Assembly (NCBI GenBank): GCA_965235115.1
Contig: OZ249446.1
Coordinates: 5,642,001-5,706,000, forward strand
Length of the DNA stretch: 64,000 nt
Source: Laetmonice hystrix
Lineage: Eukaryota
Reading direction: 5' to 3'
Within the stretch, counting starts at the first letter, position 1. Every line of letters starts with the position of its first letter. The translations under genes and the position numbers were made by a program. Below, in pieces: positions 38,278-50,211 of the stretch. The notes beneath the pieces are model-generated. The model was not told the DNA's origin. It saw only the letters and a list, made by a program, of their open reading frames with translations, and made no database searches.

Positions 38278-41200
38278 CGCGTGCCAGTCAAGTGACGTCA
38301 CTAAATGCATTCTGTTGGCGTTCGCTGAAGGACTCTCACAACAATCCTTTGGGACACACATGAAATTCAAGATGAAACTCTCAGCTTAGGGAAACGTGAC
38401 CAGATTGAAGGTCAAGTAGTCCTTCCTCCAGCACTGCCTCCTTTGATAGGTCCTAACTCTGTACTCCGTTAGTCCCTGTAACTGTCTCAACATCCTGTAC
38501 AACATCGTTTTATCTGTCACTTTCAATTCATACAAATCTTTCTCCTTCGTTTATGGATTGTTGTGGAGACCGTTTTGTGTTACGGACTGTTACTGATCTT
38601 CACTTTACATGTCGGTGTAGATTCTGCTGCTGTGTACTCTATATAAAATACAATGTTTGTACAAGGAGATGCCCTGACCGACTTGATCTGTTACCAGATA
38701 GACACAGCTTATATTGCACTACACGTCATGTTTGAGGTATTGTGAGAAAGGACAATCGCAGACCGACAGGTGTTAGGTAGGTAAGGAATCGCTCAGATGA
38801 CAGGTACCTGGCAGTGGAGGGGGCAGTGATAAAAGAATTCCTACCGATGTACACACAGCCTTTAAAAGTTCAGAGTAAATAACAGGTTAGTACGTAGAAA
38901 AAGTATATTACGGAACAAAAGGAAAGAATTTAAGGTGTCAAAGCCAAAAGGTATTATTGTTTGTCAACTTCATGTCCGGGTACATAGAGAAATGCTGTTT
39001 GTTAATTGACACGATGGATCCTTGCGATGATGTTCACCATTTTGACACGTACCACTATGCAAGGTCCCCTTCATGTTGAACGGCTGGGCGCTATGGCAGC
39101 AACTTGCAATGGAGCCTAGAAATGGCTGGCAGCGGTATTTGACAGCCGAGTGCGGCAATAAACGGAATGCCATCCAGCCTAGCTGCTGGCTACCGTTGGA
39201 CGTGTTACTATCCGCGATATGTCAGAATACAGCCCGACTGGTGTGAAAACCTGCGACATATTTTCTCTCCAACCTACGCTGACGCCAGTGTCCCATCAGG
39301 AGCTACAAAATCTGCATTCTTACATAATTTTACATTTTACTGTTATAAATAAGACTGCTCCCAGAATAATTGCACGTACCTCCGTCATAAATGATTAGGT
39401 TTTCATCCCTACAACAGTACGAGCAGGTGCCCCTGGGATTGCGCAAAGCGACCACTGCTTCATTTTAACATTATTAATATCATTACCTACAATTTAGACA
39501 TTTATCTTTGCTTCCTCCGACAAGCGCCATTCCCGTATAAATACAGCAATTTATATTTCTCGTTGTATTCAATACTTTGACATTTGTAATTTGTACACAC
39601 TGTAATATTAAATACAACTACATTCAGTGGATGACCGAGTTATGCTCACAATGATACCTGTTGTCAGAAGAAAAACGCCATTCGCTAAGGTCACAACAAT
39701 ACAACATAGAACACACCCAATCATGACATGCAGTACGCCATGTCATGATCCAGCTCCTGCTTCTAAAGTTTAAGCAGTCATCTTTGTAATTATCACTCTG
39801 TGTCTTTTCATTCTGAGAGAATGTAGCGTCCGTATGTATACTTCAAATGTAGTTGGATGTTAGGATTTACAATCTATGACTTCAAGGGATGGCTTTAAAT
39901 TGGTTTCCTGGAATCACTGAAAACACGCAAGTTTTGAATACTTACCAAATTGACCACTCGCCAACTCATTACTCCATCCATTCATCAAGTTTTCATGGTG
40001 TTAATGGCCTGGGTTTAGCCCAGCAACCCAGCATGCTGTAACCCGCTCGGTGTCCCTGCACGGGCCTGCCTGGAGCCCCCTAGTGGGCAAACCTTACAAC
40101 TCTCTGGTCACAGCAGTATCATTGCTGTAGGGATTCTTTATCCGGATCCAACAACAATAAATGTTGGCAATGTACAGTAAGAGCTAACGTCTGTAAATAT
40201 GGCACACTGAATTAATCCAAAGACAGGAAACATATACACTCTCCTCCTTTTTTGTCCCTGTCTTTTTTCTTCTCCTCTTCCTTTTTTTGTCCCTGTCTTT
40301 TTTCCCCATCGAATCGTATCATACAGCAACGAACATTCGAGAGTGTTGTTCGTGCCTCTTGAGTTTGGTTGATAAAATTTCAATCTAATATTTGCCAGTT
40401 GGATTCTCCTCTTCAGATGTGCTTCTTGAGCTGAGAAATCCTAACGCACATATTTGTCAACAACCTTAACATCCTAAGGTGCAGGATTTTTCTGTTGCCT
40501 GTCTATTACGTCTAGTGTCTAGCTTTAAATGCTCAGATCAAGTATCATGTTTGGAAAGATTCTTTTGTTTCTGATATAACCTCCTGCTGATTTCCTAACA
40601 CATAGTTCTCCAAGGACCTTATATTGGACCCTTACAGATGACAGAACGTCTCCTTGGAATAAAAGGAGCATGGTCCGATTATTGGTTTCAACCCCACACT
40701 GATAAATATAACTTATAGCCATTCTTTCTCAGGATAAAGGCTTTTTGTCAATAATGGATGCTTTATAAACAAAATGAAAATGTTTTTAAATTCGATGTAG
40801 TAATCCTTGTATTCCTCTATCAATCCGTTAGTAATACAATGCCCCACTATGATCGACCGTTTTTATTCCATGGCCCTGGTTGGTCTCAGAGCTCATGATA
40901 AGTAGTCTTTGAGTAAATCAACTGAGAATTCTAAAGGTAGTTTTGGCTTCTATAGCCACGACCTAATACAAATATACCTGTGTGTCCGGGAATATACCCA
41001 CATGTTACTGTAACAGCTGTAGAAACACCATACATACATACATATTACTGCTAGATGACATCGTGAAAATAAACCGGGTGACAAAAGAATCCAGCCCAGC
41101 CCTAATGCCATATTCACAGGAGACCAAGGGAGGGTTGGACAACAGTTATCAACGAGTTAACCTATGAAAATGGCCTAAATAACCCCGTTGCCGTCACAAA

Positions 41201-43432
41201 ATGACATCACTCAAGTTTTTATCTATCCCTCGTACCACAGTCATTCGACTGGAAATTTTGTCATGCAAACTAAATTTAATCTGAGTGCGCTCAAGTCCGA
41301 CAGTCAATGCAGTTGAAAAACATGATCTGAGGATCCATAGACGCGCTGTGAGGCAGCGCATCCTGTCAATATGCACCTGGTGCTCACCCAGACCTCCCCC
41401 TCCCTCCCGAGGGCTGACTGCCAGGAGAGACATTCCAACAACGATGTTACCATTCCATTACACGGGGGAGTCCCTCACTCGCGGGAAGGGGACCCCCCCC
41501 CCCCCTCCCACCACCAAACGAATCGTGCCGGGGTATTCGAGGAACAAAGTCACATGACACATATGCTTAAACTGGCTCCCATTCCAGAGGCTTTTTCAAT
41601 GACGACGTCTTCAGGTCAATACACATCAAAGTTAAATCGCTTATGGATTTGTTCCTTCAATAGTCCCCAACTACACAGCTATATACTGAACTTGGCACAC
41701 CCCATACATAAATAACAAAAAAAGATGTATCATTCAATATTGCACAGTACATTACTCAATAAATGCATAGCTTTAGTACCCGTATTTGTTTTGTATCAAG
41801 TCATCTGCTTTGTCTATAGACAGTCTGGCGGTGGACTATCAATTATACATGACAAAGTCATAGAATATAGTCCTTTAACCGACCAACCTACTGATCTGTG
41901 TGTTCACATGGTCTGTCACACGCATCGTATCCAGAGAGACAAAATACTAAATATAATGGCATAACATCATTCTCGAGCTTGTCCAACGTTTACAACAAGG
42001 AGAATATCACTGGGATTTAAGTATTAAAGTTGTACGAATAACCCACTACAGGTTCCCCCAACCCACAGTCCGTCATACACAAACAAAGATTTCTTTAAGC
42101 TTTCCACCCTCGTAACTGATCTTTTGAGGCAAATCTACTTCCGTTTACAACAGATTTGAACATCAATTTGAACCACAAAAAAATCAAAATAAAAATAAAT
42201 GTTTGTAAGCCTTCCGATGGTGTTTGCTCTATGCTAGGAGCATGGCTCCTGAGATATGCTTGCCTTCATTAAACATGCGATGCAGACACGAAGAATGGTT
42301 TAACGTTACTGTAAGAAACCGTCACAAAACAGTTGCTTTCAACTGCAATTTCCAAAAGGGATGACGTGATCGTTCACCACTTCCCGTATTTTCTTGTATC
42401 ACCTCCGGGTATTAATAGAAACATTTAGAAATGTCTTCCTCTCCAAATGTTTACAGAGATGTTAACTAGGAAAAATGTAAAGGTAATCCTTGCCGATATT
42501 TACCTCAGACACAAACGCCATGTCCACAGAACCCACGTCAGTATTTCAGTTTTATTTGGACGTAGGCACCTCGCGCGATCGGTACCGACAAACAAAAACA
42601 ATCCCCATTGGCTGGCGTTTCCCGCGTCAGTCGACCAGGTAGTGTTTTTCTAGCCTCCCAAGACTACATCAAATATTGCCCTGGTCATGGACTGGGATAC
42701 TGAGGGGAAATACTGCGGGTGGGTCTATTACCCCTCTAACGGCCTAGATCGACAGAAACACCGGCTCCGCTCCTAAACAACCCTACCGATATTAGCCAGA
42801 GGTCACGACAAAGTCCTGGATTAGGGAGGGGTGTGGGGTATGGGGGCGTCCTGGGGACTGTCATATCCGCAACTGAGGGAGCGTCTCATGTCTCTTATTT
42901 CTTTATAATGACTACCTAACCGTTCTTCACCTTTTTCCAGGCTGAAATTTGATCCTTCAGAGATTTTCAGAATTACCCAGACTGTTTTGAAAGCAATGTT
43001 TCAATTTACAGACCTACTTTCGCCATCTTCCATATTGCTACTTAAATGACCAAATAAAGATCCGTCTTTCTCCGAGCTATAGAGTTCCCAGTTTGCAGTA
43101 CATTTGCCCACCCGTTAATTTCTGAGTCACACGTTATATCCCAGAAATGTCAATTATTAGCGGGTAACCAGCCAGAGTTAGACAGACTGGGATTACTTGT
43201 CTGGTAAAACCCATTGACAGTCTACTGGTAAACACATCCATACCTGTCCCTCACCTGGGTCATTGATACAGTATCCGTCAAAACAATGGGCTCATCATCA
43301 CCAAATAATGAACGTTCCCATTGTATGCTATTTAAGGTCCTTTGACTAACTGTCACAATACCGGGACTTAATTACCCGTGTGAAACGTGCGCCACGTCTC
43401 GATTGATGTACGGATACTCGGAGAAAACAGAC

Positions 43433-43572
43433 ATACAGACGGACAAACACTGACAATAATTAACCTAACAGGTCGTAAATCGTAGCATGTCCTTCCAATC
43501 TATACAGACGGTCAAAAACTGACAACAATTAACCTAACGGGTCGTAAATCGTAGCATGTCCTTCCAATCTAT
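43433..43572. repeat. 69-bp tandem duplication
   Basis: ATACAGACGG...TCGTAAATCGTAGCATGTCCTTCCAATCTAT, twice. Confidence 0.93.
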
Positions 43573-43772
43573 GGTACATAATGTCTGTATGTATGTAATG
43601 GGATCATACACTCTTTCCGAACCTCACTTCCGCACTGGTATCAATTATTGCTGTACTTGTAAACGTCTGGAAATAAATTACGACTTCTACCACTACTTCT
43701 ACTACCAATCAAAGCTGAACTCCCCCCCCCCCCAAATTGCTTCGTACTTAATTCAAAACTCACCACATGTAG

Positions 43773-43826
43773 CAACGCTTCCTGGTGAACGCCCAGCCTT
43801 TCAGTACATGATACCTGAAACAAAAG
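43773..43826 (+). CDS. Candidate exon (ATLPGERPAFQYMIPETK)
   Basis: Acceptor caccacatgtAG, consensus donor AAG|GTAAGA. 54 nt, only phase 1-1 is open. Confidence 0.4.
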
Positions 43827-45901
43827 GTAAGAGTATTATGATACGAGTGAGGGACTACATTTGGTGGATACCTAAAACATGATACCTCAAACAAAAGGTA
43901 AGAGTATTATGATACGAGTGAGGGACTACATTTGGTGGATACCTAAAACATGATACCTCAAACAAAAGGTAAGAGTATTATGATACGAGTGAGGGACTAC
44001 ATTTGGTGGATACCTAAAACATGATACCTCAAACAAAAGGTAAGAGTATTATGATACGAGTGAGGGACTACATTTGGTGGATACCTAAAACATGATACCT
44101 CAAACAAAAGGTAAGAGTATTATGATACGAGTGAGGGACTACATTTGGTGGATACCTAAAACATGATACCTCAAACAAAAGGTAAGAGTATTATGATACG
44201 AGTGAGGCACTACATTTGGTGGATACCTAAAACATGATACCTCAAACAAAAGGTAAGAGTATTATGATACGAGTGAGGGACTACATTTGGTGGATACCTA
44301 AAACATGATACCTCAAACAAAAGGTAAGAGTATTATGATACGAGTGAGGGACTACATTTGGTGGATACCTAAAACATGATACCTCAAACAAAAGGTAAGT
44401 GTATTATGATACGAGTGAGGGACTACATTTGGTGGATACCTAAAACATGATACCTCAAACAAAAGGTAAGAGTATTATGATACGAGTGAGGGACTACATT
44501 TGGTGGATACCTAAAACATGATACCTCAAACAAAAGGTACATGATACGAGTGAGGGACTACATTTGGTGGATACCTAAAACATGATACCTGCAACAAAAG
44601 GTAAGAGTATTATGATACGAGTGAGGGACTACATTTGGTGGATACCTAAAACATGATACCTCAAACAAAAGGTAAGAGTATTATGATACGAGTGAGGGAC
44701 TACATTTGGTGGATACCTAAAACATGATACCTCAAACAAAAGGTAAGAGTATTATGATACGAGTGAGGGACTATATTTGGTGGATACCTAAAACATGATA
44801 CCTCAAACAAAAGGTAAGAGTATTATGATACGAGTGAGGGACTACATTTGGTGGATACCTAAAACATGATACCTCAAACAAAAGGTAAGAGTATTATGAT
44901 ACGAGTGAGGGACTACACTTGGTGGATACCTAAAACATGATACCTCAAACAAAAGGTAAGAGTATTATGATACGAGTGAGGGACTACACTTGGTGGATAC
45001 CTAAAACATGATACCTCAAACAAAAGGTAAGAGTATTATGATACGAGTGAGGGACTACATTTGGTGGATACCTAAAACATGATACCTCAAACAAAAGGTA
45101 CATGATACGAGTGAGGGACTACATTTGGTGGATACCTAAAACATGATACCTGCAACAAAAGGTAAGAGTATTATGATACGAGTGAGGGACTACATTTGGT
45201 GGATACCTAAAACATGATACCTCAAACAAAAGGTAAGAGTATTATGATACGAGTGGGGGACTACATTTGGTGGATACCTAAAACATGATACCTCAAACAA
45301 AAGGTAAGAGTATTATGATACGAGTGAGGGACTACATTTGGTGGATACCTAAAACATGATACCTCAAACAAAAGGTAAGAGTATTATGATACGAGTGAGG
45401 GACTACATTTGGTGGATACCTGAAACATGATATCTCAAACAAAAGGTAAGAGTATTATGATACGAGTGAGGGACTACATTTGGTGGATACCTAAAACATG
45501 ATACCTGAAACAAAAGGTAACAGTATTATGATACGAGTGAGGGACTACATTTGGTGGATACCTAAAACATGATACCTGAAACAAAAGGTAACAGTATTAT
45601 GATACGAGTGAGGGACTACATTTGGTGGATACCTAAAACATGATACCTGAAACAAAAGGTAAGAGTATTATGATACGAGTGAGGGACTACATTTGGTGGA
45701 TACCTAAAACATGATACCTCAAACAAAAGGTAAGAGTATTATGATACGAGTGAGGGACTACATTTGGTGGATACCTAAAACATGATACCTCAAACAAAAG
45801 GTAAGAGTATTATGATACGAGTGAGGGACTACATTTGGTGGATACCTAAAACATGATACCTCAAACAAAAGGTAAGAGTATTATGATACGAGTGAGGGAC
45901 T
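43807..45901. repeat. Minisatellite, 71-bp unit, ~29.5 copies
   Basis: CATGATACCTCAAACAAAAGGTAAGAGTATTATGATACGAGTGAGGGACTACATTTGGTGGATACCTAAAA; near-identical copies. Confidence 0.99.
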
Positions 45902-46032
45902 GAAGGCACTACAGGTTCGTGCCCATCCACCTTTGATTCAATCTGTATCGGCAGTCATCTCATTGAAAGTGAAACAGCAGGCGTCCGTCACGGCCGTCCA
46001 CAGGTCAAGGTCACGCAACCTGAGCCGAATAC

Positions 46033-46187
46033 CTAATGATTTCACAAAGACATCGTCATCAAATGGGAATTCCTGCCTGCAGACAGCACAGTTCTGCTGC
46101 CAGTCACTCAATGCTAGAGACGACACGCCGCAGTCACTAACTGATCGTGGCTTTCGGATAGAAACACGGGCGTAAGACACCACAAAG
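46033..46187 (-). CDS. Candidate exon (FVVSYARVSIRKPRSVSDCGVSSLALSDWQQNCAVCRQEFPFDDDVFVKSL)
   Basis: Open frame with a CxxC motif, donor TAG|GTATTC, several possible acceptors. The plus strand is also open here. Confidence 0.3.
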
Positions 46188-48207
46188 CTGGTGATCCATC
46201 AGAAAATAAACGAGGATGAGATACTAACTCGGTTCTCAATCTCAATCTCATGAATTCTGGAGGCACAAAGCTGTCAGGGAAAAAATCAAGCTCTAGAATT
46301 TTGGACGATCACTCGTATTATTGTTACCTTTGTTTCTGATAACCTAAAGCCTTTGTTTCTGAGAAAGCCTTTGTTTTTTTATAACCGAAAGCCTTTGTTT
46401 ATAAGATAAAAGGCCTTATTATATGCGCATCTGCCAGTGCCATTCAGAATTGTGGCCGCCTTTTTTTACGGAATGGTTGGTTACTCTACCGTAACTTGGC
46501 ACAAGTTAAACATGTCGTACACGTCTGACTCAGCGGCCGGAACCACGGCCATCTATGCCGCCGGTCGTCGTCATGTTATACTAGAAGCATCGTTGTTTTT
46601 AATATCGTGTATGAATTTATGAAAGCTGCAACCATTAAAAATATCTTCAGCAGTTGTTTCCATCTGTCCTCCTGTCTGTCTCTCATCGTATCTTTTAACC
46701 ACTTTCTGAGAAATAAAAAAAATACAACCATTTCACTTATTCCGAATCGGACCTTGCAGTTCTCGTTTTTCACATGTATTTAATATTATTCGGATTCGGA
46801 AAAGGCCAGACTTGTGGATTTCTTAGAACAGCTTTCACTGATGAACCGGCTTAGTCGTCTTCCTGGCCAAAACTATTTACTGGAAGTGTTTCATACGTCA
46901 GTATCCGACGTATAAAAACGAAGGCCTTTTGACCAGCACATGCCGACATTGGAAGATGTCCAGTCTCGTTGGCCACTAACTGACCACACGAGCGATGCCT
47001 TGGCCCCAGACCATGATGGCATTGGTTCGGAGCCAGTCAGGTAGTTACTACTGTTCCATCTTGGCACGAGAATCAGTCTTTCACTATCGAACAACAAGAA
47101 CCTCATCGAAACTCATCGAAGCACACACGACCCCGAATCTAAGTCAAAGACGTGTATTTTCCCAAGCTTGCTCCTTTAAGACGACCTTGGTGTCCGTTTC
47201 TGTATCCGAGTCCGACAACCAACGTTCTGACTGCTGTGGATGTCATCAATTCTTGTTACTGAGGACCTTCATCCAGCAGACTCTCTCCCTTTCTGTGTTG
47301 CTGACTCCCTTTCTATCTTTCCACTCCACTGAAGGATTCTGGAAGGAGGCATGGTGTCCTTTCAGAGCGGGGATGACCTTTCCCCTCCTTTAGCTAAAAA
47401 AAAAATAATTTGACTTGTCAAACTATAAGCTATACCCCGCCCCTTCCCCTCCAAGTCCGCCCCTTCGCAGTGTTAAAATCCTGGATAGGCCACTGCTTTA
47501 CTTCTATCTCGTAATATCTCAATCTGGCAGCAATCAATAGTATACACACGATAGAGGAACCATGGTTGGCAGCAAATTTAATAAAAATCTCTATGCTATA
47601 ATTACAACATTATTAGATCAGTTATATCAGTAAATGTCAGGAGTAATCCAAGTAGCATATCCTCAACACTTTATTAAGTTACCACAGTCGTCACGCATGG
47701 TGCCTTGACAATGCCGCTGAGACATACAACACCGTGAGATTATCCCCTCAAGCCATCTCACAGCCTCTTCAGCCTCTACTTCCTGTTGCTAAGCAACACG
47801 CAAATCCCACGGATTAGGAGACCGAAAGAAGAGCCCCTCTTCGTTATCCACCGCCGCGATGTCCTAGAAAATGGTGAAATGATCAAGCTGATTTTCAGGT
47901 CTAGTGACAAGAAAATCTGGACTGATATAGTACTCTTGATTCAATCGGGCAATTTGCTTTTCATTAGAGAATAAAGAAAAGACTGGTTAATGAGAAAAGT
48001 CTGAGTTGATGCTTGGGTTCCTGAGCCACTTTCAGAGTCCAACATCATGCTTCTTAATCGTTGGTCATTTCTTCTTTCTTTTTTTTTAAATTGCTCTTCT
48101 GCAAGGATAAATTACCTTTTTACCCAATCGTCACTAACAGATCGCTACACAGGAGATTTATTCAGGATACTTTTTTTTAGTAAGTAAATCGGTGCAGCAA
48201 ATCACAG

Positions 48208-48247
48208 CTATTGGTTTTCACGACGGAAACATACTCCTGCTCAGACT
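48208..48247 (+). CDS. Candidate short exon (AIGFHDGNILLLR), WD40-blade-like
   Basis: Acceptor aaatcacAG, weak donor CT|GTAAAA. GxxDGxI resembles the WD40/beta-propeller turn. Abuts the 26-bp array. Confidence 0.2.
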
Positions 48248-48263
48248 GTAAAACCGATCCTCC

Positions 48264-49350
48264 CACCACAGCCGCAGTCTGGCGGGTATCACCACACAGG
48301 CAGTCTGGCGAGTATCACCACAGCCACAGTCTGTCGGGTATCACCACAGCGGCAGTCTGGCGGGTATCACCACAACCGCAGTCTGGCGGGTACCACCACA
48401 GCCGCAGTCTGGCGAGTATCACCACAGCCACAGTCTGTCGGGTGTCACCATACAGACAGTCTGGCGGGTATCACCACACAGGCAGTCTGGCGAGTATCAC
48501 CACAGCCACAGTCTGTCGGGTATCACCACAGCGGCAGTCTGGCGGGTACCACCACACAGACAGTCTGGTGGGTACCACCACAGCCGCAGTCTGGCGGGTA
48601 TCACCACAGCCGCAGTCTGGCGGGTATCACCACAGCCGCAGTCTGGCGGGTACCACCACAGCCGCAGTCTGTCGGGTATCACCACAGCCGCAGTCTGGCG
48701 GGTACCACCACACAGACAGTCTGGTGGGTACCACCACAGCCGCAGTCTGGCGGGTATCACCACAGCCGCAGTCTGGCGGGTATCACCACAGCCGCAGTCT
48801 GGCGGGTACCACCACAGCCGCAGTCTGGCGGGTATCACCACAGCCGCAGTCTGGCGGGTACCACCACAGCGGCAGTCTGGTGGGTATCACCACACAGACA
48901 GTCTGGCGGGTACCACCACAGCTGCAGTCTGGCGGGTATCAGCACAGCCGCAGTCTGGCGGGTATCACCACAGCCGCAGTCTGGCGGGTACCACCACAGC
49001 CGCAGTCTGGCGGGTGTCACCACACAGGCAGTCTGGCGGGTATCACCACACAGGCAGTCTGGCGGGTATCACCACACAGGCAGTCTGGCGGGTATCACCA
49101 CACAGGCAGTCTGGCGGGTATCACCACACAGGCAGTCTGGCGGGTATCACCACACAGGCAGTCTGGCGGGTATCACCATAGTCGCAGTCTGGCGGGTATC
49201 ACCACAGCCGCAGTCTGGCGGGTACCACCACAGCCGCAGTCTGGCGGGTATCACCACAGCCGCAGTCTGGTGGGTATCACCACAGCCGCAGTCTGGCGGG
49301 TACCACCACAGCCGCAGTCTGGCGGGTGTCACCATACAGGCAGTCTGGCA
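48264..49350. repeat. Minisatellite, 26-bp unit, ~42 copies
   Basis: CACAGCCGCAGTCTGGCGGGTATCAC with recurrent variants. Confidence 0.98.
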
Positions 49351-49993
49351 GGTCTTTTTCGGTCCGGGTAGGTCTCCAGTTCCACTTTAAGTCTAATTAG
49401 ACTTTTTCTTAAAATCTAATACTTGCATGATAAATGAATCATGCAGTAAATTAACTTCGCCCTGGATCGTTTTTGTTGGCAGCATGAAACACGCCTCAAC
49501 TTGCCGGCTGAGAGTGATTTCCTCGATGTGAACAACGCCTCCTCTGAGCCTTGAGCGCCACACTGGTCTGTGGTCCTGCTCGATTATACACGAGCAATCG
49601 GCCAGCCACGTCCCAGCGCGCAGCCTCGAGGTAAATTGTCTAACCTTAAAGCCACTTACCAATACGCCTGCCTAGAGTCTCTGCTCTATACATAATACAT
49701 CATGGAGTAAATATACCGCAGTGTAAATCTCCTGGCTCCTGTATGCTGAAGATGGTGTACATTAAGAGACGCATCAAATTTTATTATACACTTTCATTGA
49801 GTTGAAAGTGATTTAACGATCCTATCTAAACAAAATGAACCCCAAATTATAAAAGGCAGCGATGATTCAATAACACCAAACAATTGTCAATAAGTTCAAA
49901 ACGAACGAAATCCTGGAAGGATGCCTGAGGTAGAAATGACTCCTTCGATTTTGTTCTGGAAACAAATCTTGGTGAGCCAAAGACTGTGATTAC

Positions 49994-50211
49994 GAAATAT
50001 CATGTGTAGTCTCCAGGATTCGTCTTAATGGTTCAAACAACCATGACTGCTTCCGGTTTATATAGGACAAGATCTGAAGTATCCTCACACACAAACAGAC
50101 GACGTCTCTGGGCAATGTCACATGTAACCAGCCAACCAACTCATCCAAACGTTCTATTCGACAACCGCGAAGTCCGCTGATGCCAATTGACAGGACAAGA
50201 TCGACCAAAAA
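49994..50211 (-). CDS. Candidate exon (FLVDLVLSIGISGLRGCRIERLDELVGWLHVTLPRDVVCLCVRILQILSYINRKQSWLFEPLRRILETTHDI)
   Basis: Acceptor gaattttgtAG and donor TC|GTAATC directly bound the 72-codon ORF. Helical (HEAT/ARM-like) composition. Confidence 0.45.

Noticed and set aside
40980-41350. RTE/LINE reverse-transcriptase remnants (also 46850-47060 and 4900-5100)
   Set aside because: Only faint motif echoes across several frames with many stops; cannot be supported without an HMM search.
43807-45901. CRISPR-like regular array (also considered for 3078-3782, 22613-23251 and 55375-56004)
   Set aside because: No unique spacers, whole units are repeated, no cas genes, eukaryotic context.
46040-46100. 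RING-finger call for CAVCRQEFPFDDDVF
   Set aside because: Only the first CxxC is present; the remaining ligands were not found.
48211-49371. 386-aa ORF
   Set aside because: The 26-bp unit cycles through all three frames, which is typical of a non-coding array lacking stops.
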